Source: Sumerlaeia bacterium (lineage in GTDB: Bacteria; Sumerlaeota; Sumerlaeia; SLMS01; JAHLLQ01). From it: 64,000 nt of DNA. Location: NCBI GenBank assembly GCA_040219255.1, contig JAVJSW010000068.1:96001-160000 (forward strand), read 5' to 3'. Made by a program: the position numbers and the translations under genes. Below are positions 38,756 to 48,935 of this stretch, piece after piece. The notes below the pieces were generated by a model. The model worked only from the letters and a program-made list of their open reading frames with translations, was not told the origin of the DNA and searched no databases. Every line of letters begins with the position of its first letter. Position 1 is the stretch's first letter.

Positions 38756-39251
38756 GGCGGTGGGGGCGGTTTGAACGAACATGGTGTCGGGTCCCGTGGA
38801 AGAAGATGGGACCATCCCACCACAGGCCGCGCCGTTTGTCCCTTCTTGTCGCACTAAAGGAACAAGAAAGACAAAATACACTAAACAGACAACGGGTGAG
38901 GCGGAGATCGATCGCCGGGCGCCGGGACGAAAAGGGGGGACCATGATTCTTCAAGAAATCGCCGGAGGGGCGCGGCGAACGCACAGATGCTTGGTGCGTT
39001 TGAAGTTGACCGGAATAAACGTCATGCCCCGGATCCTGGCCGGGTGTCTGGGATATTGCAGGCCGTTCTGTTGAGACAGGAGTGGACTCAGCTCAACAGA
39101 CCATCCATTCTTGCGACTCGTTTCGAATGCACACTGTGGAACCTCTGTCCTCGGTGTCCTCTGTGATGAAGGATCGCGGAGGGGAGAGCGAGGGCGAGAG
39201 GACGCAAAGGGCTTGTCTCCCGGGCGGGGGCGGTGCGAACGGTGGGGGGTT

Positions 39252-40268
39252 ATGAGCATCCGGGTCCTTCACATCGGCGATTTCCATTTCTGGCGGTTTC
39301 CGCTCAATCCCGTGCACTACGTGGGCAAGCGCCTGCTGGGGGTGGGGAACCTGGCGGTGCGGCGGGCGCGGTCGTTCCGCATCAGCCGGGCGCCATCGCT
39401 GGTCGAGCGCATCGGCCAGCTGGAGCCGGACTGGGTGGCGCTGAGCGGCGATTTCACGACGACGTCGCTGCCGGGGGAGTTCAGCCGCGCCCGGGTGGCG
39501 TTGAACCCGGTGGTGGCGACGCAGGGCCTGGCGGACCGGGTTCGGGCCGTGCCGGGCAACCATGATCGCTACACGCCCACGGCGACGCGGTCTCTGCGTT
39601 TCGAGGGTACCTTCGCCGACTGGTGCCAGGGCGGGCGCTGGCCCTATATCGAGGACCTGGGCGAAGGGGTGCGGCTTCTGGGCATCGACGCCACGACGCC
39701 AAACGGCATGGGCAGCCACGGCCAGATGACCTCGGAGATCCTGGGGCGGGCGAAGGAATTGTGGGAGGCGCACCGGGACGGGGCGGAAGAGCTTTGGATT
39801 CTGTGCCACTTTCCCGCCGAGGACCCGCCGGGCGCGGTGGCGACGGACCGGGGCATTCAGCTTCGCGGCGCCGGGCCGATGGTCAAATGGGTGGAGGCGC
39901 TGGGCGTTCGGACGTTTTACCTGCACGGGCACCATCATTACCGTTGGCTGTTCACGAGCGAACGGGCGCCGAACCTGACGTATGTGAACGCGGGGGCTCC
40001 GTTCCTGCGCCACGGGCGGATCGAGCCGGACCTGGGTTTGATGGCGCTGGAGCGCGAGGCGGGGGGCCAGACACGGCTGACGCTGCACACCGCCGAGCTG
40101 ATGCAGGGCGCGCAATGGCACACCGCCGAGGTGCCGTTGCCGCGGCCGGGACATTACATCAACCTGCAGAAGGACGCGCGCAAAGTGGCGGAAGAAATGG
40201 CCGAGGGACTGCGCGACAGCGCGACGCTGGGGACGCTGGCGAGCCGGCAGGCGAGTCTGAGCCGATGA
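39252..40268 (+). CDS. Metallophosphoesterase (calcineurin-like)
   Basis: GDFH, SGD, PGNHD, CHFP, HGHHH. Confidence 0.88.
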   Translation: MSIRVLHIGDFHFWRFPLNPVHYVGKRLLGVGNLAVRRARSFRISRAPSLVERIGQLEPDWVALSGDFTTTSLPGEFSRARVALNPVVATQGLADRVRAVPGNHDRYTPTATRSLRFEGTFADWCQGGRWPYIEDLGEGVRLLGIDATTPNGMGSHGQMTSEILGRAKELWEAHRDGAEELWILCHFPAEDPPGAVATDRGIQLRGAGPMVKWVEALGVRTFYLHGHHHYRWLFTSERAPNLTYVNAGAPFLRHGRIEPDLGLMALEREAGGQTRLTLHTAELMQGAQWHTAEVPLPRPGHYINLQKDARKVAEEMAEGLRDSATLGTLASRQASLSR

Positions 40269-40579
40269 GTGTGCTCGGGATGTTCAAACGCAAGCGGGCC
40301 GAGGCGCTGCGCAAGGCCGCGCCGCCGCGCCGCATCCGCATTCACAGCGTGACGCCCCAGCCCGCGGGCGCCGCCCGGCCCGTGTATTTCCGCGTGGCGT
40401 TCGAGTTCCTGGACCCGCCGGGGCCGTGGACGTTGCAGTTTTTCGAGGTCGGCGGCGATCAGGCGTCAACCTTGCAGGGGCTGGAACCGGGGGCGGAAAC
40501 GCGGTTCTGGGAATCGGACGACGAAGCCCGGACGCGCGTGATGGAAACCCCGGAGGGAGAGGCGCTGTGGCCACGATGA
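40265..40579 (+). CDS. Small hypothetical protein
   Basis: ATGA overlaps with both neighbours; host-like codon use. Confidence 0.6.
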   Translation: MSVLGMFKRKRAEALRKAAPPRRIRIHSVTPQPAGAARPVYFRVAFEFLDPPGPWTLQFFEVGGDQASTLQGLEPGAETRFWESDDEARTRVMETPEGEALWPR

Positions 40580-42414
40580 AGTCTTTGAGGAACGCGATGC
40601 TGGGATTGGGCCTGGGGGTGCTGATGGGGGCATGGCCGGGGCGGGCGGGGGCGCAGGGGCTGACGGAGCCCATCGTGCTCGACGAGGAACTGGGCAACAG
40701 CTCGGGGGCGCTGGAACTGGTGGTGCGGCGCGGCATGGAAGGGTCGTCCCGGGCGGGGGTCGTTTACGTGGCCTATCGCGTGGGGAACACGATCAACCTC
40801 CAGATCGAAACCGCTGCGGGTTCGGGCGTCTTCAATGGGCCGTTCGTGGTGTCGGACCGGCCGCGAACGCCGAGCAACCTGGACATGGCGGTCGGCTTCG
40901 ATGGCCGGACACACATCGTCTGGCAGGAGCCGAACCCCAACCAGACGGATGTGTTCTACGCCACCACATCGAGCGCCGGTTCCAATCCGAGCGTTCAGGA
41001 GGTCCGCGAATCGGAGGACGTGCCGGAGACCGAGCCGTCGGTGGCGCTGCTGCGCTTCAATGGCACGGAGACGCCCTTTGTGGCCCTGATCGGCAAGGAG
41101 TTCCCCGCGTCGCTGGAAACGGACCGGGACGTTTTGCTGTTCCGGCGGATCAATGGGAGTTCGTTCAATCGGGACCTGAACATCAGCGAAATCCGCGAAG
41201 ACGCCGAGGAACAGACGTTTCTCGAGTCGCGCCCGATTCTCCGCTCGGCCCGCAGCGCCCAAGGTGGTACGACGCTCTATCAGGGCGCCCTGGTTTGGCA
41301 GGAAGGGCAAAAGCTGTACTGCTCCTACCCGAACGCCGCGCTGGAGTTCGCGGACCCGGTCGCGCTCTTTGAGGAAGGATCGGCCGAAACGTCGCGGCGC
41401 CATGTGCTGGCGATCCAGCCTTACTTCCAGACGAACGTGGAGGACGAGTGGGTGGGGCATTTGGCCTACGTTTCGAGCGCGGGGGGAACGGAGCGGGTCA
41501 AATACCTCCAGTTTTCTCCCCTGGCGAAGACAGGGAATTTCGCCATCGAGCCACCCATCGCCGTCGATCCGCTCGCCACGCTGTCGGGGGTCGAGACACT
41601 CAGCATCGGCGTGGAACTGGTGCGCGACATCGAAGACATCTATCGAACGCAAGTCGGCATCGGCGCGATCGCCAGTTTCGGAGGATTCAGCAACGTCCTG
41701 GCCGTTGCCGAGAACCAGGGCGGCTTGTCCTCCCTGTTCGAAGAGCCAGTCATCGGGATTTCCCCCGTCAGCCCGACAGGTTTCGAGTCCGTCGAGCAGC
41801 TTTTCGGTGGCAGCTTTGTCGGCCGTCCGTCGAACTTCCTGGCTTACAGCCCCAACGGCACGGGCGACGAGCAATATCTGCGGGTGGGGTACTTCGACAC
41901 GCCCGGGACGGCGATCCAATACAGTCTGCTGTTGGCCAACGAGCAAGGCCTGCTCACGCCCACTCCAACGCCAACCCCGACCGACACCCCCACTCCGACC
42001 CCGACCCCCACACCGACGATGACCCCGACGGTGACGAACACGCCGACGCCTTCGCCGACCATGACGGATACGCCGACACCGTCTCCGACGATGACCCCAA
42101 CGCCCACGCCCATCCCGACAGTGACCGGGACAGTGACACCAACGCCGACGTCCAATCCGACGGTGACGCCGACGCGCACGCCCCAGCCCACGCCGACGCC
42201 GTTCCCGACGCCAACCGAGACGGCGACTTCCGGGCCGACTCCGACGCCAACCGCAACGCCCACTCCCCCGCCGCCGGGGTTCCTGAGGACGCGTAATCAC
42301 GTGCTGGGCGTGCTGCTGCTGACGGGCGAGGAACTGGAGGAGGCGAACACGAACGATGGCTTGATTCTGGACATCGCGGACATCGTCGCGCACTACGCGG
42401 CGGGCCGGCCGTAG
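40576..42414 (+). CDS. Secreted beta-rich protein with Pro/Thr linker and dockerin-like tail
   Basis: Signal peptide; long (TP)n linker; C-terminal NHVLG...[15 protein letters not shown]. Confidence 0.75.
   Translation: MKSLRNAMLGLGLGVLMGAWPGRAGAQGLTEPIVLDEELGNSSGALELVVRRGMEGSSRAGVVYVAYRVGNTINLQIETAAGSGVFNGPFVVSDRPRTPSNLDMAVGFDGRTHIVWQEPNPNQTDVFYATTSSAGSNPSVQEVRESEDVPETEPSVALLRFNGTETPFVALIGKEFPASLETDRDVLLFRRINGSSFNRDLNISEIREDAEEQTFLESRPILRSARSAQGGTTLYQGALVWQEGQKLYCSYPNAALEFADPVALFEEGSAETSRRHVLAIQPYFQTNVEDEWVGHLAYVSSAGGTERVKYLQFSPLAKTGNFAIEPPIAVDPLATLSGVETLSIGVELVRDIEDIYRTQVGIGAIASFGGFSNVLAVAENQGGLSSLFEEPVIGISPVSPTGFESVEQLFGGSFVGRPSNFLAYSPNGTGDEQYLRVGYFDTPGTAIQYSLLLANEQGLLTPTPTPTPTDTPTPTPTPTPTMTPTVTNTPTPSPTMTDTPTPSPTMTPTPTPIPTVTGTVTPTPTSNPTVTPTRTPQPTPTPFPTPTETATSGPTPTPTATPTPPPPGFLRTRNHVLGVLLLTGEELEEANTNDGLILDIADIVAHYAAGRP
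41956..42276 (+). repeat. Low-complexity Thr-Pro codon repeat
   Basis: ACG/CCG-type repeats encoding TPTPTP. Confidence 0.85.
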
Positions 42415-42501
42415 GGGGATTTTCCTCGAACCAGGCATGAATAAGGCCGCGCATTCGGGCGTATCGGAATTGCAGGCCCCGAATTCAGAAAGGCGGTCCC
42501 G

Positions 42502-43776
42502 ATGGTTTCCGCAAAGACCTTTGTCGCCAGTTTGTCAATTCTTTGTCTGATTCCTACGATGGCGGGAGCGCTGCCGCCGTGCGTGGAGGACTCGGGGGAC
42601 CGGGTGGTTCTGCGGGGCAAAGATTGCGTCCAGCCGCCCGCCTATCTGGTGGGAGCCCGCGACGGGCGGGCTTTCTATCGAGACGCCGCGATGACAGACG
42701 ACCACCTGACCGCCACCGTCTGGGAAGTCGATGCCAAGACCGGAGAGCAAACCGCGGAAGTCTCGATGCGGATGACCTGGAAGCCGATGGGCGATGGGCG
42801 GGTGGGCGAAATCGCCACGCCCGCGGGCGAAATCCTGCCGATTCTGGTCTTTCCCGAGCAGCCCGTTTATGGCGGCGAACCCTGGACGTTCACTCAGTGG
42901 GGCGATACGCTGGTGTTTTCGCTCGAAGGAATGACATACCCGCCGAAGAATGGAAACACCATGCGTGAATACGTCGTGGTCTTCGATTTGGCCGGGCGGC
43001 CGCCCGCCGTGCGCGAGGTGGGGCTGCTGCCGGCCGGCTGGCATAACTACGCGCCCATCCCCGGAGGCGATGGCGATGGGCTGGTGTCGTACTCCGATGG
43101 CTCGGTAACCGACTCGTTGCTGATGCGCATCCGGGACGAAGATCGGTCCGTGGTCTGGGAAGCCGGCGGCCTCCAGTTTTTCCGGCCTGTGATGTCAGAG
43201 GACGGATCGGCGGCATTCACGCTGGCGCCGGACGGGGTGAGTCTGGTGGAAGTGGACCTTGAGACGGGCGAGACCCGGCGGTTCGCTTGGAAGGCGCCTT
43301 TATCGTTCGAGGAGGACCCGTTGGCGTTGGCGGTTTTCCCCCGGTCGGTGGTCAGCCCCGATGGCGGGCGGACGCTGTACTACATGATCGATCAGCCCGG
43401 CATCGGCAACGACGCGGCGCTGGTGCGGGCGGACCGGAAGGCGGGGACTCTGGAACCGGTAATGGGTGTGGCGTCGGACCTGGGCTGGCTGCAGGCGGTG
43501 GATGAGGACACGCTGCTGGTAACCAGCTACCGAGGCGGTATGAGGATGGCTTTGGTGGATCTGGGGTCCAGCGAAGTCCATCCGGTGGAGGACCTGTTGG
43601 TGGGCTGCTCGGCCATTCAGCATGGCGTCATTTCCGCCGAGCCGGTTTGGAATTTCGCGGACCGGCTGGGTTCGGTGAAGGCGGAAGGGGGCAAGGCCAA
43701 GGCTTCCGTGCGCGAACGGCTGTGGGATTTCGACATCGAGACGTGGCGAAACAGGGCGGTGGCGAGCGAGCGGTAG
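42502..43776 (+). CDS. Secreted beta-propeller-like protein
   Basis: Signal peptide; repeated VDxxTGE and SPDG/SEDG blade motifs. Confidence 0.6.
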   Translation: MVSAKTFVASLSILCLIPTMAGALPPCVEDSGDRVVLRGKDCVQPPAYLVGARDGRAFYRDAAMTDDHLTATVWEVDAKTGEQTAEVSMRMTWKPMGDGRVGEIATPAGEILPILVFPEQPVYGGEPWTFTQWGDTLVFSLEGMTYPPKNGNTMREYVVVFDLAGRPPAVREVGLLPAGWHNYAPIPGGDGDGLVSYSDGSVTDSLLMRIRDEDRSVVWEAGGLQFFRPVMSEDGSAAFTLAPDGVSLVEVDLETGETRRFAWKAPLSFEEDPLALAVFPRSVVSPDGGRTLYYMIDQPGIGNDAALVRADRKAGTLEPVMGVASDLGWLQAVDEDTLLVTSYRGGMRMALVDLGSSEVHPVEDLLVGCSAIQHGVISAEPVWNFADRLGSVKAEGGKAKASVRERLWDFDIETWRNRAVASER

Positions 43777-43931
43777 CGCTCCAAAAAGCCTTTTATCCCT
43801 CTAAGGCCGCTTTCGTTCCCTCAAAGGCGTTGACCGAAGTGAGATTCGTGTGGGAAGACTTTAGTCTCGGAACCTACGCGCTACGAGCACGCGGGTTCCG
43901 CAGTTCTGCGCGCATCGAAAGCGAGGTCATT

Positions 43932-45032
43932 GTGGCTCTGACAACGGACGCCTCTCCCCAGATCACCCCAGCCGCGACGGAGGCCAACGCCCCCCGTCGA
44001 CGAGGCCGGTTGGTGTTGAAAGACGGCTCGATTTTCGAGGGTTACGGCTTCGGCGCTATCCGCCCGGTGAAGGGCGAAGTGGTCTTCAACACCGGCATGG
44101 TCGGCTATCCCGAGTCCTTCACGGACCCGTCTTACCGCGGGGAAATCCTGTGCCTGACGTACCCGCTGATCGGCAACTACGGCATCGCGGGGGAACTCCA
44201 GTACTTCGAGAGCGACCGCGCCCAGATCAGCGGTCTGGTGATCGCGGAATACAGCGAAGATTTCAGCCACTGGACCGCCAAGAAAAGCCTGGGCGATTGG
44301 CTGGCCGAGCACAACGTTCCCGGCCTGACGGGCGTGGATACGCGGGCGCTGACGAAGCGGCTGCGCGAAACCGGCACCATGGCCGGTCATATCGAATTCG
44401 ACGACATCGCCGAGGAGCCGGTGGCCTTTGGCGACGCGCCGGTGCGCGATGTGTCGCCCCGCGAGGCCAAGCTCTTTGGCAAAGGCACGAAACGCGTGGC
44501 GCTGCTGAACTGCGGCTGCAAAGGCAACATCCTCCAGAGCCTCGTGAACCGCGGCGTGGAGGTGCTGGACCTGCCCTGGAACCACGACATCGCCAAGGAA
44601 GCCTTCGACGGTCTGCTGCTGTCCAACGGCCCCGGGGATCCGAAGGCCAACGGCGAGGCGATCCTGAAGGTGCGCGGGGCGCTGAAGCGCGAAACGCCGG
44701 TCTTCGGCATTTGCCTCGGGCACCAGTTGCTGGCGCTCGCCATCGGCGCGGACACGTACAAGCTCAAGTACGGCCATCGCAGCCAGAACCAGCCGGTGCG
44801 CCTGAAGGGCACGAACCGCTGCTTCGTCACGAGCCAGAACCACGGCTTCGCGGTGGATGCGCGGACGTTGCCGGAGGGCTGGCACGAGTGGTTCACGAAC
44901 CTGAACGACGGCACGAACGAGGGCATCCGCCACGAGAACGGCCTCTGGCGCAGCGTCCAGTTCCACCCGGAAGCCCGCCCGGGCCCGGTGGATACAGGGC
45001 ATCTGTTCGATGAGTTCGTGGAGCAGTTGTAA
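43932..45032 (+). CDS. carA: Carbamoyl-phosphate synthase small subunit
   Basis: GEVVFNTGMVGY, TDPSY, LSNGPGDP, GICLGHQ, SQNHGF, QFHPE. Confidence 0.96.
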   Translation: MALTTDASPQITPAATEANAPRRRGRLVLKDGSIFEGYGFGAIRPVKGEVVFNTGMVGYPESFTDPSYRGEILCLTYPLIGNYGIAGELQYFESDRAQISGLVIAEYSEDFSHWTAKKSLGDWLAEHNVPGLTGVDTRALTKRLRETGTMAGHIEFDDIAEEPVAFGDAPVRDVSPREAKLFGKGTKRVALLNCGCKGNILQSLVNRGVEVLDLPWNHDIAKEAFDGLLLSNGPGDPKANGEAILKVRGALKRETPVFGICLGHQLLALAIGADTYKLKYGHRSQNQPVRLKGTNRCFVTSQNHGFAVDARTLPEGWHEWFTNLNDGTNEGIRHENGLWRSVQFHPEARPGPVDTGHLFDEFVEQL

Positions 45033-45033
45033 G

Positions 45034-45303
45034 ATGGCCAGAATCGTAAAGGCTGACTTGCCAGATATTGTATACTCAGCAATCCAAGAACTTGGTGGAG
45101 ACGCTGAAATCTGGGAGATCTGCAAGAAAATCTGGGATACACATGAACTTGATCTGCGCGAGTCAGGGGAGCTTTTCTACACTTGGCAATACGAAATGAG
45201 ATGGGCTGGAGAGTACCTCTCGAAAGAAGGGAAAATAGGACGTACGAGGGGTAAGGGTCACAAAGGTCGCTGGTATATAACACACGCATCCAACCAACTG
45301 TGA
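45034..45303 (+). CDS. Small winged-helix (Mrr_N-like) protein in an AT-rich insert
   Basis: IQELGG...YTWQYEMRWA..LSKEG..GRW pattern; composition differs from car genes. Confidence 0.55.
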   Translation: MARIVKADLPDIVYSAIQELGGDAEIWEICKKIWDTHELDLRESGELFYTWQYEMRWAGEYLSKEGKIGRTRGKGHKGRWYITHASNQL

Positions 45304-45348
45304 TCCGCGAGTAAGGCTAAGGATCTGAAAGATCTGAAGGAACAGCCT

Positions 45349-45531
45349 TCATGTCTCAGGATCGAGGTCATACCCTGGCAAGCGCTGCATGGTCCATAGA
45401 TCGAATTTTTGTAGGAGCTCATCGAACGGGTCTTCATGAGTCTCTATCCATCCCTCGCGCTTGGCTTTTTCAAAAGCCATTATCCACTCTCGGCCATAGG
45501 GATGGAAATCTTCCTCGGGATTTCGATACAT
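45349..45531 (-). CDS. Small hypothetical protein or gene remnant
   Basis: 60-aa ORF with protein-like composition in the same AT-rich insert. Confidence 0.3.
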   Translation of the reverse strand: MYRNPEEDFHPYGREWIMAFEKAKREGWIETHEDPFDELLQKFDLWTMQRLPGYDLDPET

Positions 45532-45623
45532 CTGCCATCTCCAACAAAGTGAAATCTAGTTTACTTAACCAATTCTCCGCCTACCCGGCAACCCAAACCA
45601 AACCCCACCAAAGGCCACCACAA

Positions 45624-48600
45624 ATGACCGCACTGCAGGAAGCCCCCACCATCGAGAAGCCCAACACGGTGCTTATTCTCGGGTCCTCCGCCCTCAAAAT
45701 CGGCGAGGCGGGCGAGTTCGATTATTCGGGAAGCCAGGCCATCAAGGCTCTGCGCGAAGAGGGCATTCGAACGATCGTCATCAACCCGAACATCGCCACC
45801 ACGCAGACCAGCGAAGGGCTGGCGGACGAGATTTATTTCCTGCCGGTGACGCCGTATTTCGCCGAGAAGGTGATCGCCAAGGAACGGCCCGACGGCATTC
45901 TGCTGTCCTGTGGCGGCCAGACGGCGCTGAACTGCGGCGTGGCGCTCTACGAGGCGGGGGTTCTGGAGAAGTACAACGTGCGGGTGCTGGGCACTCCGGT
46001 GCCGGTGATCCAGGACACGGAAGATCGCGACCTGTTCTCGCGCAAGCTGGCGGAAATCGGCGTTCCCACCCCCCGCAGCCACGCCGCCACGGGCACCCAG
46101 CAGGCGGTCGCCATCGCCGAGGAGTTGGGTTATCCGGTGATGGTGCGCATCGCCTACGCGCTCGGTGGCCTGGGCAGCGGCATTTGCCGCGACGAAGCTC
46201 AGCTCCGCGAGCGTGCCGACAAGGCCTTCAAGCACACCAAGCAAATCCTGGTGGAGGAGTACCTGACGGGCTGGAAGGAAATCGAGTACGAGGTCGTGCG
46301 CGACCGCCATGGCAACGGCATCACGGTCTGTAACATGGAGAACTTCGACCCGCTGGGTATCCACACCGGCGAGTCTATCGTGGTGGCGCCGAGCCAGACG
46401 CTCTCCAACCAGGACTACCATCACCTGCGCGAGGTGGCTCTGAAGACGATCAACCACCTGGGCATCGTGGGCGAGTGCAACATCCAGTACGCCGTGGACC
46501 CGCACAGCGACGAGTTCCGCGTGATCGAGGTCAACGCGCGCCTGTCGCGTTCGTCGGCGCTGGCCAGCAAAGCCACGGGCTATCCGCTGGCATTCGTATC
46601 GACCAAGCTGGCTCTTGGCTACGGCCTGTTCGAGCTGCCGAATTCGATCACCAAGACGACCGGGGCGTTTTTCGAACCGGCGCTGGATTACTGCGTGGTG
46701 AAGGTGCCGCGGTGGGACCTGAAGAAGTTCCGCAACGTGAGCCGGCGCCTGGGTTCGGGCATGAAGTCCGTGGGCGAAGTGATGGCTATCGGCCGGCGCT
46801 TCGAGGAAGCCTTGCAGAAGGCGCTGCGGATGCTCGACATCGGCGCCATGGGCCTGACCGGTAACGATCAGGAATTCAAGGACCTGGACGAGGAGCTGCG
46901 CTATCCCACGGACCGCCGCGTATTCGCCATCGCGGCCGCCATGGAGCAGGGCTACACGATCGAGCAACTGCACGACATCACGCACATCGACCGCTGGTTC
47001 CTGGCGAAAATCGCGGCGGTGCTCAAGCTCGATCGGCAGCTCGCCGCGGCGGGCAAGACGATCCCGGAGCCGCTGCTGCTGGAGGCCAAGAAGAGCGGTT
47101 TCAGCGACGAGCAGATCGGCGCCACCACCGGCCAGAGCGCCGAGGACGTGCGCCTTCAGCGCGAACGCCTTCACCTGCACCCCATCGTGCGCCAGATCGA
47201 TACGCTGGCCGGCGAATATCCCGCCCAGACCAACTACCTCTACCTGACCTACAACGGGATCGCCGACGATGTGGAGTTCACCGAATTCAACACCGTCCTG
47301 ATCCTCGGCTCCGGCGCCTACCGCATCGGGTGCTCCGTCGAGTTCGACTGGTGCTGCGTCACCACGGGCAAGACGATGCAGGAACTGGGTTATTCGACGG
47401 CGATGCTGAACTGTAACCCGGAAACGGTTTCGACGGATTACGATGAATTCGACCGGTTGTTCTTCGACGAAATCACGGCGGAAAGTGTCCTGGAAGTCGT
47501 GCGCAAGATCAACCCGCTGGGCGTCGTGGTCAGCATGGGCGGCCAGGTGCCGAACACGCTGGCTCCGAAACTGCACAAGGCTGGTGTGACCCTGCTGGGC
47601 ACGGCGGCGGAGAACATCGACCGGGCGGAAGACCGGCACAAGTTCAGCTCGCTCCTCGACCGCATTGGCGTGGACCAGCCGGCCTGGGCCGAGTTGCGGA
47701 CGACGAGCGAGGCGCTCGAGTTCGCCAACCGCGTCGGCTACCCGGTGCTGGTGCGGCCCAGCTATGTGCTCTCCGGCGCGGCGATGGCCGTGGCGACAGG
47801 CGACGCCGAGCTGACCAAGTTCCTCTCCGCCGCGGAAGATGTCAGCAAAGACCATCCGGTGGTGATCTCGAAGTTTCTGGAGAACGCCAAGGAGATCGAA
47901 TTCGACGCGGTGGCGCGCAAGGGCGAAATCCTGTGCTACGCCATCAGCGAGCACGTGGAAAACGCCGGCGTCCACAGCGGCGACGCGACCCTGGTGCTGC
48001 CGCCGCAGCGCACATACCTGGAGACGATCCGCCAGATCCGCGCGGCGGCGGAGGAAATCGCCAAGGAGCTGGACATCAACGGCCCCTTCAACATCCAGTT
48101 CATCGCCAAAAACAATTCGGTGAAGGTGATCGAGTGCAACCTGCGGGCGTCGCGTTCCTTCCCGTTCGTCAGCAAAATTCTGCGGACGAATCTGGCGGAG
48201 CTGGCGGCCAAAGTTCTCGTCGGCCGGCCCGTCGAGAAAGTGGAGCGGAGCCACTTCGACATCGACTTCGTGGGCGTCAAGGCGCCGCAATTCAGCTTCG
48301 CCCGCCTCGAAGGGGCGGACCCGACGCTGGGCGTGGAAATGGCCTCGACGGGCGAGGTCGCCTGCCTGGGCAAGGACTTCTACGAAGCGTTCCTGAAGGC
48401 CCTCATTTCCGTCGGCTATAAGATGCCGGTGAAGCGCGTTCTGCTTTCGACGGGGCCGAAGGAAACGAAGGCGGAAATGCTCGAAGCGCTGCGGATGATG
48501 GCCGACCAGGGCATCGAGTTCTACGCCACCTGGGGCACGGCGGACTTCCTGGAGGAGCACGGGCTCAAGGCGAAGCGGCTCCACTGGCCGCTGACCAAGC

Positions 48601-48887
48601 AGTCGCCCCATTGCGTGGAGGCGATCCAGAGCGGCGAAATCGACTTGGTGATCAACATCCCGAAGAACTACCAGGAAGAAGAGCTGACGAACGACTACCT
48701 GATCCGGCGGGCGGCGGTGGATTACAACGTGCCGCTGATCACGAACCGCCAGATCGCGATGCGCATGGCGGAGGCGCTTTCCGCCAAGAGCCTCGACGAC
48801 CTGAAGATCATGTCCTGGCGGGACTATCGGCCGGAGCTGGGCAAGAAGAAGGAGTCGGGGATCAAACCGGCCCCGGCGTCGCGCTGA
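45624..48887 (+). CDS. carB: Carbamoyl-phosphate synthase large subunit
   Basis: IGEAGEFDYSG, GIHTGES, IEVNARLSRSSALASKATG, NCNPETVSTDYD, VRPSYVLSG, MGS domain. Confidence 0.97.
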   Translation: MTALQEAPTIEKPNTVLILGSSALKIGEAGEFDYSGSQAIKALREEGIRTIVINPNIATTQTSEGLADEIYFLPVTPYFAEKVIAKERPDGILLSCGGQTALNCGVALYEAGVLEKYNVRVLGTPVPVIQDTEDRDLFSRKLAEIGVPTPRSHAATGTQQAVAIAEELGYPVMVRIAYALGGLGSGICRDEAQLRERADKAFKHTKQILVEEYLTGWKEIEYEVVRDRHGNGITVCNMENFDPLGIHTGESIVVAPSQTLSNQDYHHLREVALKTINHLGIVGECNIQYAVDPHSDEFRVIEVNARLSRSSALASKATGYPLAFVSTKLALGYGLFELPNSITKTTGAFFEPALDYCVVKVPRWDLKKFRNVSRRLGSGMKSVGEVMAIGRRFEEALQKALRMLDIGAMGLTGNDQEFKDLDEELRYPTDRRVFAIAAAMEQGYTIEQLHDITHIDRWFLAKIAAVLKLDRQLAAAGKTIPEPLLLEAKKSGFSDEQIGATTGQSAEDVRLQRERLHLHPIVRQIDTLAGEYPAQTNYLYLTYNGIADDVEFTEFNTVLILGSGAYRIGCSVEFDWCCVTTGKTMQELGYSTAMLNCNPETVSTDYDEFDRLFFDEITAESVLEVVRKINPLGVVVSMGGQVPNTLAPKLHKAGVTLLGTAAENIDRAEDRHKFSSLLDRIGVDQPAWAELRTTSEALEFANRVGYPVLVRPSYVLSGAAMAVATGDAELTKFLSAAEDVSKDHPVVISKFLENAKEIEFDAVARKGEILCYAISEHVENAGVHSGDATLVLPPQRTYLETIRQIRAAAEEIAKELDINGPFNIQFIAKNNSVKVIECNLRASRSFPFVSKILRTNLAELAAKVLVGRPVEKVERSHFDIDFVGVKAPQFSFARLEGADPTLGVEMASTGEVACLGKDFYEAFLKALISVGYKMPVKRVLLSTGPKETKAEMLEALRMMADQGIEFYATWGTADFLEEHGLKAKRLHWPLTKQSPHCVEAIQSGEIDLVINIPKNYQEEELTNDYLIRRAAVDYNVPLITNRQIAMRMAEALSAKSLDDLKIMSWRDYRPELGKKKESGIKPAPASR

Positions 48888-48895
48888 TGGCTCTG

Positions 48896-48927
48896 CCGGT
48901 GGGCCGCGGACCGGCGCGGCCCGCCGG
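48896..48927. terminator. GC hairpin between convergent genes
   Basis: CCGGTGGGCCGCG / CGCGGCCCGCCGG stem; no U-tract. Confidence 0.5.
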
Positions 48928-48935
48928 TCGACCCG

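Noticed and set aside
41956-42276. Tandem repeat as possible CRISPR or VNTR
   Set aside because: Degenerate Thr-Pro codons within a CDS; no repeat-spacer structure and no cas genes in the window.
45561-48611. 1016-aa minus-strand ORF (also 34364-37339, 18465-20156, 40459-42438, 53606-55465 and many others)
   Set aside because: Antisense or alternate-frame shadows of well-supported genes, expected in GC-rich DNA; no motifs.
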